Assembly: GCA_040753135.1 (NCBI GenBank)
Contig: JBFMGR010000004.1
Span: 1-54,022, forward strand
Source: Patescibacteria group bacterium
Lineage (GTDB): Bacteria > Patescibacteriota > Minisyncoccia > UBA6257 > Brennerbacteraceae
Length of the DNA stretch: 54,022 nucleotides
Direction of reading: 5' to 3'
Part shown: one piece after another, positions 52,707 through 54,022 of the stretch
Numbering within the stretch: the first letter of the stretch is position 1
Layout of the letters: every line of letters starts with the position of its first letter
Made by a program: the position numbers and the translations under genes
Notes under the pieces: generated by a model
Database searches by the model: none
Told to the model about the DNA's origin: nothing
What the model saw: only the letters and a program-made list of their open reading frames with translations

Positions 52707-53939
52707 TTATCTCGTGGCTTCGTAAATTGCTTTTATCTCTGCTTCGGATAAAGCGCGGTTATAGATGCGGACTTCGTCAATGGTGCCATCAAAACGATAG
52801 CTATTTGAGCTGTCTGAACCTATATAAACATTATAATTATTTACAGCGGGTGTCACTGTTTGTAATGTAGATCTATCTAATTGCCCATTGATAAAAAGCT
52901 TAAGCTTAGAACCATCTACCGTGAAAATAACATAATACCATTGTCCTGTTGAAAGGGACGAGGAATAATCTCCTAGGTTATAATTTATACCATCCCCTAT
53001 CGCACCCCTCACTGTGCCTCCGGAATAGGACCAGAAGCCATAATTGAAAGTAGTTGCGCTACCCTGAAAAGCTTTTGATAATATTGAAGAAAAAGTGGGA
53101 AACAAATCTGCCTTAATCCAAGCCCCAGTACTGAAGTTGGGCGTTATGTCCAAACTTGGGGAATCAGACGCCATCACATAGTCATCCACCCCATCAAACA
53201 ACAAGCACCCTCCTTTCTTGCAGTTGGTACTGGTTTGCCAGGTTGGTCCATTGGTTAAGGTGCCAGTGTTATTGTTGCCTGAGTAATCATAAGCTGTTGT
53301 TCCTGTTCCTTCATCAAAGGTCCAGTAGCCTACTAGGCCTTTGTCTCGGGTAAATGGTCCAAGATTAAGATTAGAGCCAAGCTCAAACACTCCTGGCATT
53401 CTGCCACCATCATTAATTGCTTGGTCAGCCACCTTGTTATTAGTTGATTCCATTAAACCAGTGAGCATAAAACTGCCTCCAGTGGTATAGGTATAGTAAT
53501 ACTGGCTATTATTAGTTGGATCAACTGGTAATTTAGCTAAAGGAGAGCCAATCTCTAAACCAGCCAGATTAACTGGTACCCAGCCAGAGCCATTGGTTTT
53601 TCTGAGATTAGTTTCAGTGACACAAGCATAGCTATATCCAGACGGAGCTGGGGGTAAAGAATAAGAAGCACAAGAACTGCTTGTATCTGGTAAAGAGAGA
53701 TAGATCTTAGTAGAAGAACCCATGACTGGATTCAGGGTTTGAGATTCATAGATAGCCAGAGAGTTGTTCAATGACCTTAAATCAGCTAAGCGCTGAGAAT
53801 CTCTTGCTTTTCTTAGCTGTTCCACTGGGTTTAAAGCAATAAAACTCACACTGGCTAAGACTGCCAAGATGCCGATAACGATCAGAAGCTCGAGAAGGGT
53901 AAAGGATTGGACAGACCTAACTCTAAGAGAGAATCTCAT
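52707..53939 (-). CDS. Type IV pilin-like protein with C-terminal LamG domain
   Basis: Prepilin-type N-terminus QS|FTLLELLIVIGILAVLA. LamG signature GLVGYWTFDEGTG..LLFDGVDDYV..IDEVRIYNRALSEAEIKAIY. Confidence 0.75.
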   Translation of the reverse strand: MRFSLRVRSVQSFTLLELLIVIGILAVLASVSFIALNPVEQLRKARDSQRLADLRSLNNSLAIYESQTLNPVMGSSTKIYLSLPDTSSSCASYSLPPAPSGYSYACVTETNLRKTNGSGWVPVNLAGLEIGSPLAKLPVDPTNNSQYYYTYTTGGSFMLTGLMESTNNKVADQAINDGGRMPGVFELGSNLNLGPFTRDKGLVGYWTFDEGTGTTAYDYSGNNNTGTLTNGPTWQTSTNCKKGGCLLFDGVDDYVMASDSPSLDITPNFSTGAWIKADLFPTFSSILSKAFQGSATTFNYGFWSYSGGTVRGAIGDGINYNLGDYSSSLSTGQWYYVIFTVDGSKLKLFINGQLDRSTLQTVTPAVNNYNVYIGSDSSNSYRFDGTIDEVRIYNRALSEAEIKAIYEATR

Positions 53940-53956
53940 AAAAACTTATAAATTAT

Positions 53957-54022
53957 CTATATTTTCTTTTCCTGCTGTTTTTGCCATTCTAATAATCTCT
54001 GATGATATTCTTCTAAAGCTCG
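53957..54022 (-). CDS. 3' end of an unidentified CDS (5' part outside window)
   Basis: The minus-strand frame is open from the window edge: ..RALEEYHQRLLEWQKQQEKKI stop (TAG at 53957..53959). Confidence 0.3.
   Translation of the reverse strand, partial: RALEEYHQRLLEWQKQQEKKI

Noticed and set aside
31131-53939. Diversity-generating retroelement targeting the two paralogous pilin-LamG genes.
   Set aside because: There is no reverse transcriptase, no template repeat and no adenine-specific mismatch pattern between nucleotide repeats. The two genes are diverged paralogs along their whole length.

Overview
AT-rich, very compact window, mostly minus-strand housekeeping genes. TGA is used as a stop codon. 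The gene content looks like a Patescibacteria/CPR (Parcubacteria-like) genome: short IF-2, archaeal-type UMP kinase, pilin-LamG fusions, tiny or overlapping gene junctions and free-standing homing endonucleases. This placement is an inference, not a database result. Core genes: ftsH, dnaE, rnhB, recG, infB-rbfA, pyrH, murA-mraY-dac-scpB-scpA-secA-hpf, murB, rpsF-ssb-rpsR, recA, ftsK, rpoB-rpoC, a ClpB-like AAA+ protein, EndoQ-like and EndoIII-like repair genes, LOG and Nudix. I hand-folded nine tRNA genes. I saw no CRISPR array, cas gene, reverse transcriptase, transposase, integrase or recognisable defence operon. The best candidate for something new is a set of selfish elements centred on tRNA genes. 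(1) tRNA-Phe(GAA) is split by a 232-nt group I intron with clear P1/P10 pairing. (2) Three homing-endonuclease genes of different families each sit next to a tRNA gene. Two of them (HNH, LAGLIDADG) fill the space between a consensus-like promoter and the first tRNA nucleotide, giving a leaderless start and a stop codon inside or flush with the tRNA. Secondary items: a palindromic CCCGTTAGAGAT repeat family, one copy of which interrupts a CDS; orphan promoter-hairpin-terminator units (candidate sRNAs); several SD-preceded micropeptides; a CGAAT-repeat palindrome; a 46-bp perfect palindrome; an L,D-transpeptidase/DD-carboxypeptidase fusion; and a membrane-anchored ClpB-like protein with a degenerate first ATPase site. 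All RNA and motif calls were made by eye and need covariance-model or expression checks.
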